The notes: generated by a model from the sequence alone, not told the origin. DNA of 64,000 nt from Nitrosopumilaceae archaeon (GCA_965208905.1 OZ242365.1:1632001-1696000), one strand, 5' to 3'; numbered from the stretch's first letter, positions 49,349 through 59,675 are shown. Made by a program: numbers and translations.

Positions 49349-51001
49349 CTACAGCACCAGTATCTCTACCAGCCACTCGCCCACACCTCCAAATATCTGG
49401 TGTAGTGCATCGCCTATCCATCTAAAGAAGTTGCTTATGCCGTCCACGGCATCGTCCCGCATGCCCTCCACGTCCTGCACAGCCTCCTGTACATCAGGCG
49501 TACACCACCCATTCTCCCGCTTCCAGCCCTCGGGGCAGGGGCATGACTGGTCCGTGACGTGATCACAGTAATCTACGGGCACGGCCATGGTACCGGTATC
49601 GGGTATGGCGGGTACGTCCTGTATCGGTGGGACTTCGATAACTATGGTCGGACTCTCTACGGGTTCTGGTTCCACTATTTCGGGTTCCGGTTCCGGTTCG
49701 GGTTCTTTTATTTCGGGTTCTGGTTCCTGTTCCGGTTCGCTGAATGCCTGATAACAGTATGGTTCAAGCCATTCTGAGCGCGCCTGTACGCACTGCGCAG
49801 TATCGGTTATGGCCAGGCCGCTCTCCAGCAGATATACGCCCAGATTTACGCCCTCGCACCAGACTGTACCTTCCGTATAGCTGCGCGATGCCAGCCCCAA
49901 ATCTCCCCGAAATATGGCATCATCCCCTACAGTACAGATGCTTCGTGTTGCTTCCACTGCTGCATCCAGTGGTATTATGCCGGCGGGCCGCGCCAAACCG
50001 CCATCTATTAGTATTCCATCAGAACCCTCGTAGCCGGTGATTTTGCCGGATCTCTCAACAGCACCAGGTGGCGGACGCACGGATATTGTACCCGTCGTAT
50101 GTTTGTCGTGTATAGACACGGACACTATGACCTCGCCTACGCGCCAGTTGGTAGTATCTGTGACGTATGTGCCGCGTCCGTCGGTAAGCGGTATAGCGCC
50201 TGCAGACAGTATTTCGCCCGACTGTATTACTACGACATGCGCAACCGCGTCCCGCCCGGTGTATTCAACCTCTATGCGGACGCCCTCACCGGCATACTCT
50301 GGCATGTGCAATATGATGTCCTCCCGTATGGTTTGCGCGGGTGCCACACCCGTTGTATGTATCGCATATGAGAGCCATGGGTGGTATGCACACGTATACT
50401 GTACTACACCAGCATACCCAAAAGGCATGCGTACCGACTCGCCGGGGTCTAAATTACCCGTGGTATATACTGCATGTACAACATCCGTAGTGAACTGGTG
50501 GCGCTCCGTATCAGTATTGGATATCAATATGATGTTGCCCGCCTCTATATTCTGCGCATCATTATGTATGCAGTTTATGCAGTCCGGCTCGTGCGCCCCG
50601 GACAGTATGGTTATCGTGCCGTTGGTGGGCGTATCCTGCACATCATATGTGACGCTCAGAATGCCATCTATCAGGTGACCCGTAGTCTCCGTCTCGGTCC
50701 ATACAGAGCCTACCTGCTGGGTTGTGCGCCCATACCATATACCGGTTACACTGTACGTGCCGGCCGGCGGCGGCTGTACTGACGTGTAAAACTCACCATC
50801 ACGCACGGGTATAACATATGATACATCATGTATTGTGATGTTTACATGGTCTGCAGCCGGCGCCGTACCGAATACCGTAACGAATGCATTTCCCGCGGGC
50901 GTGACGTGTACGGGTGAGTTTGTCTGTATGTAATAGTCTTCGGCATATACTGCCAACGGTATTACACAAACCAATATTGCTGCCAGATATTGCACAATCA
51001 C
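49349..51001 (-). CDS. secreted protein with cupredoxin-like and thermonuclease-like domains
   Basis: Signal peptide; NTDTERH...YTCAYHPW; VWCEGVNLGVYLLESGLA; EP-rich linker. Confidence 0.65.
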   Translation of the reverse strand: MIVQYLAAILVCVIPLAVYAEDYYIQTNSPVHVTPAGNAFVTVFGTAPAADHVNITIHDVSYVIPVRDGEFYTSVQPPPAGTYSVTGIWYGRTTQQVGSVWTETETTGHLIDGILSVTYDVQDTPTNGTITILSGAHEPDCINCIHNDAQNIEAGNIILISNTDTERHQFTTDVVHAVYTTGNLDPGESVRMPFGYAGVVQYTCAYHPWLSYAIHTTGVAPAQTIREDIILHMPEYAGEGVRIEVEYTGRDAVAHVVVIQSGEILSAGAIPLTDGRGTYVTDTTNWRVGEVIVSVSIHDKHTTGTISVRPPPGAVERSGKITGYEGSDGILIDGGLARPAGIIPLDAAVEATRSICTVGDDAIFRGDLGLASRSYTEGTVWCEGVNLGVYLLESGLAITDTAQCVQARSEWLEPYCYQAFSEPEQEPEPEIKEPEPEPEPEIVEPEPVESPTIVIEVPPIQDVPAIPDTGTMAVPVDYCDHVTDQSCPCPEGWKRENGWCTPDVQEAVQDVEGMRDDAVDGISNFFRWIGDALHQIFGGVGEWLVEILVL

Positions 51002-54000
51002 TTGAATCTCAGCCCCGGTATGCGCTTCCTGAACGTGAATACAATCGGTATGGCCAGGCCGCCAGCACCCAGCATTATCAGATACGTGTAGTCGCGCTCG
51101 TATGTTATCGTGCCGTATACGTCAGACTGCGCAGTCCACTGCATTATATGGTCTGCATATTGCGCATTGGCCGGCATGCCGATGAACTGCGCAGGCCTGT
51201 CCCATACCAGTCCCCACCACATGTATTCTGGTTCGACGGCAAATGAGACGCGGTCTCCGGGTCTGTATGTTGCATAATACAGTTCCCGGGACATGTCCGG
51301 TAGCTCACCCATCACCTCTACTGTTATCTCACCTACGTATGTAGCAACTATGCGCGTATCATCATCAAAGTGTACAGTCGTACCGCTCTGGATTATACCA
51401 TCATTGACAAGCAATTTACTTAATTTATGCCGCACGCCCTTCACAACCATATCTTCGGGTACGGATACAGCACACAGGCCGGGTTCTATTTGCGCAAATG
51501 ATGCAGGCAGTACTTCCCGGCCGCATATCGTAAGCATGGCGTCTGCACGCACGCCCTGCTCGGTTACGGCATCATAGTCCAATTCGAGCAAATGCGAGAC
51601 GCGGAATTCAACTACTTCGTTGTATGGCTCCCAGCCTGGCTGCGTCACGCTAATCTCCACCGTATGTGTGCCGGCAGTACTTGCCGCCGCCTCCCAGCGT
51701 TCATACTCGCCGTCAAACGTCAACGCGCCCCCGGATATTGACACTGCCGGCGATACCATCGCACCCGTATCCACATGCAGTACAATCGTATCATCCAGTT
51801 CAACCAAACCGCTTGACTGCCGTATGAATATATCCGCGGTATTCAGAAAGCCGTCTATTATGCCCGACTTGAATATCGACCCGTATTGTATTATGATTGG
51901 CACCTCGCCGGACGCGGTAAGCTCTATGCTGTTTCCCACAACGGCCACATCTCCGGCCAGTTGCACGTCCACCTTCTGTATGGGCATCCCGCCGGTATCC
52001 AGTGTGTGAGCAATGAGCGGAAACTCCTCCGCTACATGTACTATATCAGGATACCAAACATCCAAGTCCGTCTCGTATCGTATGGGGGTAGTCAACGCCG
52101 TACCTGCCCCGACATTTGGTGCGTGTATTATTATCTCGCCCACGCTCTCAACGCTGCCCCGTATTATGCCAGCACCACCACGCCAGTCTTCCAGCTCAAC
52201 GTCCGAGGCTCCCTGACCCGGAGCTATATGTATGGGACCGTTATGCTGCACCACCACTCCATCCTCCAGTACGGACAATATGGCGATTATGTCCCGCTCG
52301 CCGCTGCCCGGCAGTGGTGATACATGCAGCTCCCGGCTCAACTCTGGATATATGTCGTTTATGTCTGCCGAGGCGCTTCCCACCCCGCCCAGTGAGGCGG
52401 TGAGCTCGCCCCCGCCCCGTATATGCACGGGTACGACCGCCGCCGACGGCCTTGTGCCGGGAGCCTCCTGCCGTGCGGTCGAGCCAAAGGTAGGTATCTC
52501 GGCAGGATGGGAGAGTCCCGCGCCGCTGGAGAGGGTGATGGTGCCATCCACCATGTATGCTGGTATGCGTATTGCCCCATCACTATACATTGCAGAGATT
52601 ACTACATTTGACACTCCCGGCCTTCCAGGAAACGCCTCCACAATGAGTTCGTTGGGGGCTGGTTCCCCCGGCATGCGTTTAAGCATCTCGGCGACCACCG
52701 TGTACGAGTCCGCGGTTGTGGATGCATCCACATCCACGTCTATCTCACTGGTATCCAGATAACGACCCAGCAAGTCCACCAACGTATCCGACATGGCGGC
52801 GGCAGGAGCATCCGATATACTATAATCATTGAGTGTAGAGACCAACTCAAATAATGCGTTCCCGCTCTCCGTGTTGTCACCACCAAAGGCGGCGTTCAGA
52901 AAGTCAATGGTATCCTGTGCGGTGTCCAGAGAGCGCCCGTCGTCTGCGGCGCGTACATCAAAGAAGTGGCTGGCAACAAGCAGTCTCTGCCATGTCTCCG
53001 TACACTGCTGCGAGTATGAGCCTGAGGGGAACATGTCGCGCTCCTCAAGACACTGTTGCAGATGCGCCAACTCAAGCACAAACTCACTATCTGTTGCTAT
53101 CGGCATGCCCACGACAAAGTCATCCGTAGCAGAACCTATACCGGGTATGTGGGCCGTAACCGTAATCTCCCTGTCGCCGGCCAGCAGCCGTATGTCGCCG
53201 ATTGTCGCCGGCGTGCCCGTGTGTATCACGCCTGTTGCCACGCCATCCTGCAGAAACACATGATGCGGCCGTATCGCATGAAATGCGGGGCCTGTTGAGT
53301 CTACAAGCGTCTGATCAAAACTGGCAAGTACGGGGTTGTCCGTAACAAGATATACCGACATGGGTTTGTCCGGTACGTACTGCTCGCCGCCCTGCTCAAG
53401 CCACACGTTATATGTGACATATGATGACTCCATGGCGATAGACGGGCCAATACCAAGTCTGACGTTTATACTGTCTGGTTCATTTACCACCTGTATTGCA
53501 TCCGATATAACGCCCACACCCGAACCATACAAGGTGCCCTCGGCGCCATCCTGCATATACACATCCAGTACCGCTGAATTGAACCCCTGGGGTATTATGC
53601 CGGTTATGTGGGTACGCCCGGAGCCGAACGTCACGTCCGGTGAGTCCGATGTTATTGTTATGGCCACGCCACCCGCCGGGGCGACAGACGGAGTACAATA
53701 CCTGTCCGTCAGAAACACGTGGATTGTTGTCATGTGCAGCCTTGTGCGGATTGTATTTTCAGGTTCGGGTACATCAAATACACCCTCGGCCGCGCGGCCC
53801 ACTATTGACTCGGCGGTCGTCGTGTCCGGTGTGGAGCAGTCGGCGCCATCAGCGCCGGGCCCCACCATCCACAAACGCGATACAACGCCAACGCCGGGGT
53901 GCGTCTCGACCTCTATGTGCTGTATGTTGCCGTCGGGTGGAATTACGGTGATTGTAGTTTGGACGATTCCGGCCAGTATTGTCGACTCGGCGGGATATAT

Positions 54001-54255
54001 GTCGAACATCGCATGGTTGGCCCCGGCACGCAATACAACAGAGTCCGGTATTATTATATCGCCACTGGTAGATGCCAGGCGGAATACCCTGTCTGCGTGT
54101 GCCGGCTCCGCATGTATTACTACACCACCATACGATTCGCCACGAATCATCATATCGGGTATGTGTATTGTGTATTCGGGTACGTCAGTCTGCGCATATG
54201 CGGTACCGTGTGCTATACCAACACAAATGCATAACACAAGAATGTATCTCAACAT
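50998..54255 (-). CDS. large membrane-anchored surface protein
   Basis: Signal peptide, acidic beta-rich body, C-terminal TM helix and basic tail. Confidence 0.7.
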   Translation of the reverse strand: MLRYILVLCICVGIAHGTAYAQTDVPEYTIHIPDMMIRGESYGGVVIHAEPAHADRVFRLASTSGDIIIPDSVVLRAGANHAMFDIYPAESTILAGIVQTTITVIPPDGNIQHIEVETHPGVGVVSRLWMVGPGADGADCSTPDTTTAESIVGRAAEGVFDVPEPENTIRTRLHMTTIHVFLTDRYCTPSVAPAGGVAITITSDSPDVTFGSGRTHITGIIPQGFNSAVLDVYMQDGAEGTLYGSGVGVISDAIQVVNEPDSINVRLGIGPSIAMESSYVTYNVWLEQGGEQYVPDKPMSVYLVTDNPVLASFDQTLVDSTGPAFHAIRPHHVFLQDGVATGVIHTGTPATIGDIRLLAGDREITVTAHIPGIGSATDDFVVGMPIATDSEFVLELAHLQQCLEERDMFPSGSYSQQCTETWQRLLVASHFFDVRAADDGRSLDTAQDTIDFLNAAFGGDNTESGNALFELVSTLNDYSISDAPAAAMSDTLVDLLGRYLDTSEIDVDVDASTTADSYTVVAEMLKRMPGEPAPNELIVEAFPGRPGVSNVVISAMYSDGAIRIPAYMVDGTITLSSGAGLSHPAEIPTFGSTARQEAPGTRPSAAVVPVHIRGGGELTASLGGVGSASADINDIYPELSRELHVSPLPGSGERDIIAILSVLEDGVVVQHNGPIHIAPGQGASDVELEDWRGGAGIIRGSVESVGEIIIHAPNVGAGTALTTPIRYETDLDVWYPDIVHVAEEFPLIAHTLDTGGMPIQKVDVQLAGDVAVVGNSIELTASGEVPIIIQYGSIFKSGIIDGFLNTADIFIRQSSGLVELDDTIVLHVDTGAMVSPAVSISGGALTFDGEYERWEAAASTAGTHTVEISVTQPGWEPYNEVVEFRVSHLLELDYDAVTEQGVRADAMLTICGREVLPASFAQIEPGLCAVSVPEDMVVKGVRHKLSKLLVNDGIIQSGTTVHFDDDTRIVATYVGEITVEVMGELPDMSRELYYATYRPGDRVSFAVEPEYMWWGLVWDRPAQFIGMPANAQYADHIMQWTAQSDVYGTITYERDYTYLIMLGAGGLAIPIVFTFRKRIPGLRFK

Positions 54256-54605
54256 CTCCCCGCAGCAACCTCCATCCTCTGTGTGAGGGTTCCACTTAAT
54301 TGCGTGGTCTCGCCCCCGCGTATACTCTCATCCACATCGATTGTGTAGATATCACCGGATGGACACTTGACCAGTATGCCTACGATGGTAGTGGTGTCGG
54401 TCCACTCGGAGAGTATTGTGGCCTGTTGTATGTTTGTCGCGCTGCCCTCATATTCACCGCGCAGCCTCTCTTGTAGCCGTTCCTGCGTGTTCGTTGCAGC
54501 CTCCTCGCGTAGGTCCTGCAGTTCCAACAATGATGTACCGGCATACATGAGAATTGCAAAGGTGAATGCACCTGCTATGGCAATCGCCGGGATTAGTGGT
54601 ATCAT
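54249..54605 (-). CDS. pilin-like small protein
   Basis: N-terminal hydrophobic helix then ERLQERL; lies in the pilus-type operon. Confidence 0.5.
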   Translation of the reverse strand: MIPLIPAIAIAGAFTFAILMYAGTSLLELQDLREEAATNTQERLQERLRGEYEGSATNIQQATILSEWTDTTTIVGILVKCPSGDIYTIDVDESIRGGETTQLSGTLTQRMEVAAGRC

Positions 54606-54657
54606 ACTGAAGAGTATGAACAGGTACGTTAATGGGTTACAGAAAAAAACAAAAGAA

Positions 54658-55239
54658 TTATTGCGCAATGGAGAGAAGCTGAATCCTCTTCACCTTTGGC
54701 ACGGGGCGTCCGCATGTATCACACATGTATTCGTTGCCTTTCCGTACAGGCTCCTTCATCGCCTCAAGTTCACACTCACATGTCGGACCTGATGGTTGTG
54801 GTGCGGGTGTTGGCGGCGCGGATGCAGTAGCAGGTGCTACGCGCTCTGTTGGACCGGTGTCTGTTGCCAGCCTGTCCAGTACCTTTGCGGCGCGTCGTAT
54901 GCCGCGCTGCCACGCTCGCGTCCTGGCCAGGGCACGTATGTTGTGCATCGACCAGTCTAGTTTTTCGGCAGTATCGCATGACCCTACATCGTCGGCTATG
55001 CGGCGGCCTTCCTTATCCAGTATCTCTACGGTGAACTCATACCGCACATATTTGTCGTGCTCCACACACTTCTCCTCTCTTGTCGCATCGGTTAGGCCTA
55101 GTTCGGCGGCAATCTTCAGACAGCCGTTGTTCCCTATACCTCTGGCAGTGGCGCCGGTTGTCTCGTCGGTGATTCTGTAAAAGTCGGACTCATCAAGTAC
55201 GCGTTCTTGTATGTCGCGCAGTTCTTCGTATTTGTTCAT
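54658..55239 (-). CDS. putative single-strand annealing protein (Rad52/ERF-like) with C-terminal Zn finger
   Basis: GSC..E...HNIRALARTRAWQRGI motif, Pro linker, CEC...CDTC; CCTTATAT box 21 nt upstream. Confidence 0.5.
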   Translation of the reverse strand: MNKYEELRDIQERVLDESDFYRITDETTGATARGIGNNGCLKIAAELGLTDATREEKCVEHDKYVRYEFTVEILDKEGRRIADDVGSCDTAEKLDWSMHNIRALARTRAWQRGIRRAAKVLDRLATDTGPTERVAPATASAPPTPAPQPSGPTCECELEAMKEPVRKGNEYMCDTCGRPVPKVKRIQLLSIAQ

Positions 55240-55300
55240 GCAATGTAACGTATCCATCGTATATAAGGGCTGAAAGACTCAATCTAGCAGCCCCGACGGC

Positions 55301-55954
55301 CTAATCGTGAAACCCGCCCCTATACTCGTATATTGTACCGCCGTACGGCCAGTCTTGGTCTACGGGGGCTATTGTGTCACAGAACCGGGGGTGCAGTCGC
55401 GCATACACACCACCGTCCATCATCACCGGCCTGTGAAGCCCCAATAACTTTGCCGCCGTGTTGACAGGCGCGCCCAATATGTCCAGACTGTTATCATGTT
55501 GTATGGGCACTACACTTCCATGTGTGATGCTGATGTGCGCCTCCACCTTGCGGTTTGCTGCCGGTCCTAGCGCATTGTACATCATCCTCTGTATGGATAT
55601 AGCGCTGGACAGTGCCGAGTCGGCGGCGTATAATGAGTATCCCCTGAATAAAGACATGACTGCATCACCCACATACTTGATGGGATACCCGCCAAACTGA
55701 CGTATTATGTCTGCGGTCTCTACACAGAATGCCATCACCAGTGAGGCGTACAATACGGGTTCGGTCTCCAACGCCAGCCGTGTAGAGCCATGCATATCAA
55801 CATACTGTACTATACACTCGGTCGGGCCGCGCATCTCCGGTACGGGTAGGTCGGGCCGCCTGTACGGGGGAGGCTCGTTTATCATCCTCCTAACACGTTC
55901 GTATGTTTGGCGTATGGAATGCTGTACCGGGTATACGCCCTGCACCAGACTCAT
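55301..55954 (-). CDS. class III nucleotide (adenylate/guanylate) cyclase
   Basis: YVDMHGST, IKYVGDAVM and DILGAPVNTAAKL; start by ATGA overlap. Confidence 0.8.
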   Translation of the reverse strand: MSLVQGVYPVQHSIRQTYERVRRMINEPPPYRRPDLPVPEMRGPTECIVQYVDMHGSTRLALETEPVLYASLVMAFCVETADIIRQFGGYPIKYVGDAVMSLFRGYSLYAADSALSSAISIQRMMYNALGPAANRKVEAHISITHGSVVPIQHDNSLDILGAPVNTAAKLLGLHRPVMMDGGVYARLHPRFCDTIAPVDQDWPYGGTIYEYRGGFHD

Positions 55955-56664
55955 CGTGTTAGGCGCAGTCTGGACTGCGCCATCATACCGGCGGCCATCG
56001 CGCCAACACCAAATATCCACATTGCCGCCCCAAACTCCGGTATGGCGACAGCATTAGCAGTCAGCACAAGCGTATCAGAGTCGACCGAGTACGCATACTG
56101 CCCGCCATCGATATGTGTTATGGAGCCGCCATCTACAGCCAGCAACTCGCCCTGAACGAGTCCCGGCGGTAGAAACATCACACCGCTCCCAGGACCCTCA
56201 AATCCGATATACAGCAGGCCGGCCTCCGCATCCGTGTAGGCATCATGTATAGCATCGCCGGTATACTGTATTATGTGTTCGGTCCCATTCACCAATACCT
56301 CGCCCTGCTGATATACGGTATAACTGAACACATCGGTTGCATAGTGTATTGTATGCTTGGTAAGCGAGTATTCCGCCTGTATTGTGTATGTGCCGGGCGT
56401 GTCGAACTCTGCAGGTATGCTCCACTGCCAGTCGCGCTCGGTCGGCATTATCTGTCCGACGGCTATTATGTTGCCGTTGGGCGCCAACAACTGTATGGTT
56501 ACCGCCCCGCCGTGCATCTTGTGCAGCACGCCATGTACCTGCACGGTATCACCCGGACTGTATACGTCCTGCGCAACCTCCACGCTTATGCCGGATATGC
56601 TCTGCGCATGGGCCAGCCCAATGCCTAGCAGTAACGGTATTGCACACAGCAGCATGTATCTCAT
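55951..56664 (-). CDS. PEFG-CTERM sorting-domain surface protein
   Basis: Signal peptide; C-terminal IPEFG + TM helix + basic tail (thaumarchaeal hallmark). Confidence 0.85.
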   Translation of the reverse strand: MRYMLLCAIPLLLGIGLAHAQSISGISVEVAQDVYSPGDTVQVHGVLHKMHGGAVTIQLLAPNGNIIAVGQIMPTERDWQWSIPAEFDTPGTYTIQAEYSLTKHTIHYATDVFSYTVYQQGEVLVNGTEHIIQYTGDAIHDAYTDAEAGLLYIGFEGPGSGVMFLPPGLVQGELLAVDGGSITHIDGGQYAYSVDSDTLVLTANAVAIPEFGAAMWIFGVGAMAAGMMAQSRLRLTR

Positions 56665-57191
56665 AGCATATCCACCTTTAGCGTACCATCGGTCTTTACG
56701 TAGTTCCGCAGTGTTCCGACATTCACCCCGACGGCATCGGCCACACCCTGTATCGTTACAGTCTTGTGTGCTGTCATGTATAGCATGATTGCTGCGCGTA
56801 TGGGCGCGCCCAAATCACACCTGAAATCATCAATTCCCATACTGTCCTGTATGTTACTGGGTAGGTTTAAGCGTTTGATTCCCCTCTCTATGAAGCTGCG
56901 CACATCCTGCGGCGGCATCCCATCATCAATCATACGCGCGGCCCGCCCGATTGATGCTCCCTTCTCGTTTGTGTTTTGTATTATTTCCTGGATGGTATTC
57001 GGTTCGCCGCTACGCCGTATTGACACATAAACAGATGCTGCGACGACAAGTCCCACATGGCACTGCCGGAGCAATCCCCTGGCAACGGCCTCCCTGTATA
57101 CGGCGGCCGCACCCCCGGCATCCACGTTTAGTGCATTGCATAGTTGCTGTATGTTGGATATGTCGCGTTTGATGAACCGCTCCTGTCGCAT
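56661..57191 (-). CDS. truncated TFB-like protein (cyclin folds only, no Zn ribbon)
   Basis: VAASVYVSIRRSGEPNTIQEI and TIQGVADAVGVNVGTLRNY. Confidence 0.75.
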   Translation of the reverse strand: MRQERFIKRDISNIQQLCNALNVDAGGAAAVYREAVARGLLRQCHVGLVVAASVYVSIRRSGEPNTIQEIIQNTNEKGASIGRAARMIDDGMPPQDVRSFIERGIKRLNLPSNIQDSMGIDDFRCDLGAPIRAAIMLYMTAHKTVTIQGVADAVGVNVGTLRNYVKTDGTLKVDML

Positions 57192-57230
57192 ACCAAATAC
57201 TGTATCGGCGATATATAAGGGAGAATATAG

Positions 57231-57854
57231 CTACGGCACCTTGTGGTATATGGAGACGCCCGAATCACCGGTAAACTTTGTCTGCTCGCCCAGGCCATAC
57301 TGCACGACCATGGCGCCCTGTCTGCCGTCTGGCTGACCCACACCAACCATAACAAACTCCAGAACGGCCACACTCCCATCAGAGAGTGAAAGTACGTCCT
57401 GCCTGGCATCCCCATCATCAATCCTCTGATACAGGTCGATTGTACATGCCGGAGGAGTGGGGAAAGTTCCACTCGTTGGCCAGGCCCTCTCTTCCACCGC
57501 CCAACTAGTACATGGACTACCCATATGCGGCCTCCACCCCTCGGCTGTATATACAAGTCTAGTATGGTCTGGTTCAATATCCGATACCAGTTCCATGCGC
57601 GCACCTCCCACCAGAAACTCGGATACGGCTATACGGTCCATGCTTGTACCAAGTATGTGCTTGAAGTTGGCGCGCACCCACAATGTATCATCACGGTGTA
57701 TGGCATTGATGGTCAGCAGTTCCCCCTCAATCACTCCCATGTATTGTACTACACGCTCATACAACCCCGTGCCGAATATCAGCCCCAGGGAAGTGGTGAA
57801 TGCAAGTAGTATGAGGGTGACGACCAGTGTTTGTATGCCGTATCTTTGCTGCAT
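57231..57854 (-). CDS. archaeal type IV pilin-like protein
   Basis: Class III-like signal MQQRYG/IQTLVVTLILLAFT. Confidence 0.6.
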   Translation of the reverse strand: MQQRYGIQTLVVTLILLAFTTSLGLIFGTGLYERVVQYMGVIEGELLTINAIHRDDTLWVRANFKHILGTSMDRIAVSEFLVGGARMELVSDIEPDHTRLVYTAEGWRPHMGSPCTSWAVEERAWPTSGTFPTPPACTIDLYQRIDDGDARQDVLSLSDGSVAVLEFVMVGVGQPDGRQGAMVVQYGLGEQTKFTGDSGVSIYHKVP

Positions 57855-57954
57855 GACACGTAATTACATCTGCATCGTTTTTGGGTTACAGTTGGGTATG
57901 TGGGTGACAAGCCTCAACAGTATCAAAAAATTAAAAAATCAGGCGAGTTAGGAG

Positions 57955-58770
57955 TTAGGCGCTGCGGACTATCTTGGCAAGGGCAGTATATCTATTGGCC
58001 AGTGTCGTATCGGCGATGCCGGCAGCCTTGGCGATATTGTGCCGTATTATGGGCTCGCCGCGTTCGACGCACGCCATGTAGAGCGCACTCGCGGCCAGAC
58101 TGATCGGACTCTTACCGGCGACATCGGTATTGTTGAGGTTTGAGAGTATTCGTATGGCATCGCGCCGTACAGCCTCACCAATACCTGCCTCGCTTCCTAT
58201 GCGGGCTATGAGTGAGACGGGGTCGGGTATGGGTAGGACTATGTCAAACCTCTCAAATATCTGGCGATATACTCGGCGTATGATGTGCTTCGATAGGCCC
58301 GTCACCGCCACTATATCATCCAGTGAGCGTGGGAGGTTGTGTTTCCGACATGCCAGCAGGGCTATTGCAGCAATAAAGTGTGTGAGTGTGCGGCCGGCCA
58401 TGAATTTTGATGCCACAATCCGCCGGAACATATACACTGCATACTCGCCTGCTGCGTCGGTCATAGACAGTTCGGTGCGTATTTTGGAGAGTTGCACCAG
58501 TCCGACAGGCAGCGAGCGCTGCTCGTACGTCTGGCACCAACCATTGACGCGCTGTAATCGCTTTGTGTTGATAATTTTTGTATCGATTACACGGCCTATG
58601 TAGTCTTTTGTGTGCTGGCCCATTGTCGTGGCAAAGTTGTAGGAGCGTGCATCACCTGCATATCCTGTCTGTTTTGGTTGTTCCATACTGTATCCGTGGA
58701 CCGTGCCGCATATGCGGCAGACGAACTCTCCATCGGCGTCCACAATCGTACCTTCACAGTTACATTTCAT
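57955..58770 (-). CDS. tfb: transcription initiation factor IIB paralog 3
   Basis: CNC..DADGEFVCRICG; AGRT..AIALLACR; AGKSPISLAASALY...TTLANRY. Confidence 0.9.
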   Translation of the reverse strand: MKCNCEGTIVDADGEFVCRICGTVHGYSMEQPKQTGYAGDARSYNFATTMGQHTKDYIGRVIDTKIINTKRLQRVNGWCQTYEQRSLPVGLVQLSKIRTELSMTDAAGEYAVYMFRRIVASKFMAGRTLTHFIAAIALLACRKHNLPRSLDDIVAVTGLSKHIIRRVYRQIFERFDIVLPIPDPVSLIARIGSEAGIGEAVRRDAIRILSNLNNTDVAGKSPISLAASALYMACVERGEPIIRHNIAKAAGIADTTLANRYTALAKIVRSA

Positions 58771-58834
58771 ATACTATATACGTTGTTGCAGTATATAAGG
58801 GTTAGGTGTTGTGATGGTTAAATACTGTATGCTA

Positions 58835-59050
58835 CTGTAAAAAGTTATTACAGATAAAAATTATTACAGATTCAGGTGTTTGGCGCGGTGGTGTGGATTT
58901 TGGGGGGATGTGGTGTCCAAAATCGGGTGAAAGCAGCCAGGCCTTATATACACCGGGTGTTTTTTCCGCGAAAAGCAGGGACCCCCTTAGGGAAGTTTTT
59001 GTTGGAAATAACTGTAATAAATTATTACAGGCTGTAATAAATTATTACAG
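58835..59050. repeat. repeated near-palindromes (CTGTAATAAATTATTACAG x2 plus degenerate copies)
   Basis: Copies at ~59012-59050; TTATTACAG twice at ~58845-58869; non-coding and AT-rich. Confidence 0.75.
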
Positions 59051-59070
59051 AAAGCTCCTGATCACAGTAG

Positions 59071-59375
59071 TAGTGTAGTGTAGTGTAGTGTAGTGTAGTG
59101 TAGTGTAGTGTAGTGTAGTGTAGTGTAGTGTAGTGTAGTGTAGTGTAGTGTAGTGTAGTGTAGTGTAGTGTAGTGTAGTGTAGTGTAGTGTAGTGTAGTG
59201 TAGTGTAGTGTAGTGTAGTGTAGTGTAGTGTAGTGTAGTGTAGTGTAGTGTAGTGTAGTGTAGTGTAGTGTAGTGTAGTGTAGTGTAGTGTAGTGTAGTG
59301 TAGTGTAGTGTAGTGTAGTGTAGTGTAGTGTAGTGTAGTGTAGTGTAGTGTAGTGTAGTGTAGTGTAGTGTAGTG
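59071..59375. repeat. perfect pentanucleotide array (TAGTG)61
   Basis: 305 bp of uninterrupted TAGTG. Confidence 0.97.
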
Positions 59376-59428
59376 TAGTAGCATACTACGATCTACTGAT
59401 CTAGGAACTGTCCCATGTACGGCGCTTG

Positions 59429-59675
59429 TCTACAGACATGCGCGTAGGTTGACAGCCTGCCGTACGGCAGATGTTGGCGAGTTGCCATTCAGAGGAGCTC
59501 CATTGAGATGTCCTTTGTTGGCTGGACTTTGATGTACAACCTTTGGACAGCCTGTGCCGGCCACCACGTCGCCAACGACACTGGGTATTGTGAGTGTCGC
59601 GAGATGTATCTTTCCTCTCAAGACCATTCCAGCCTTGTCTTGCAGACTATATGCGGTCTGCGCGCGCTTGTTCCA
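59429..59675 (-). ncRNA. omegaRNA overlapping the tnpB 3' end; right end TCAA at 59452-59449
   Basis: Terminal hairpin CTGCCGTACGGCAG then TCAA; boundary defined by comparison with the copy at 42579. Confidence 0.65.

Noticed and set aside
59025-59384. 119-aa (HYTTL)n ORF
   Set aside because: Artefact of translating the TAGTG array; no independent coding evidence.
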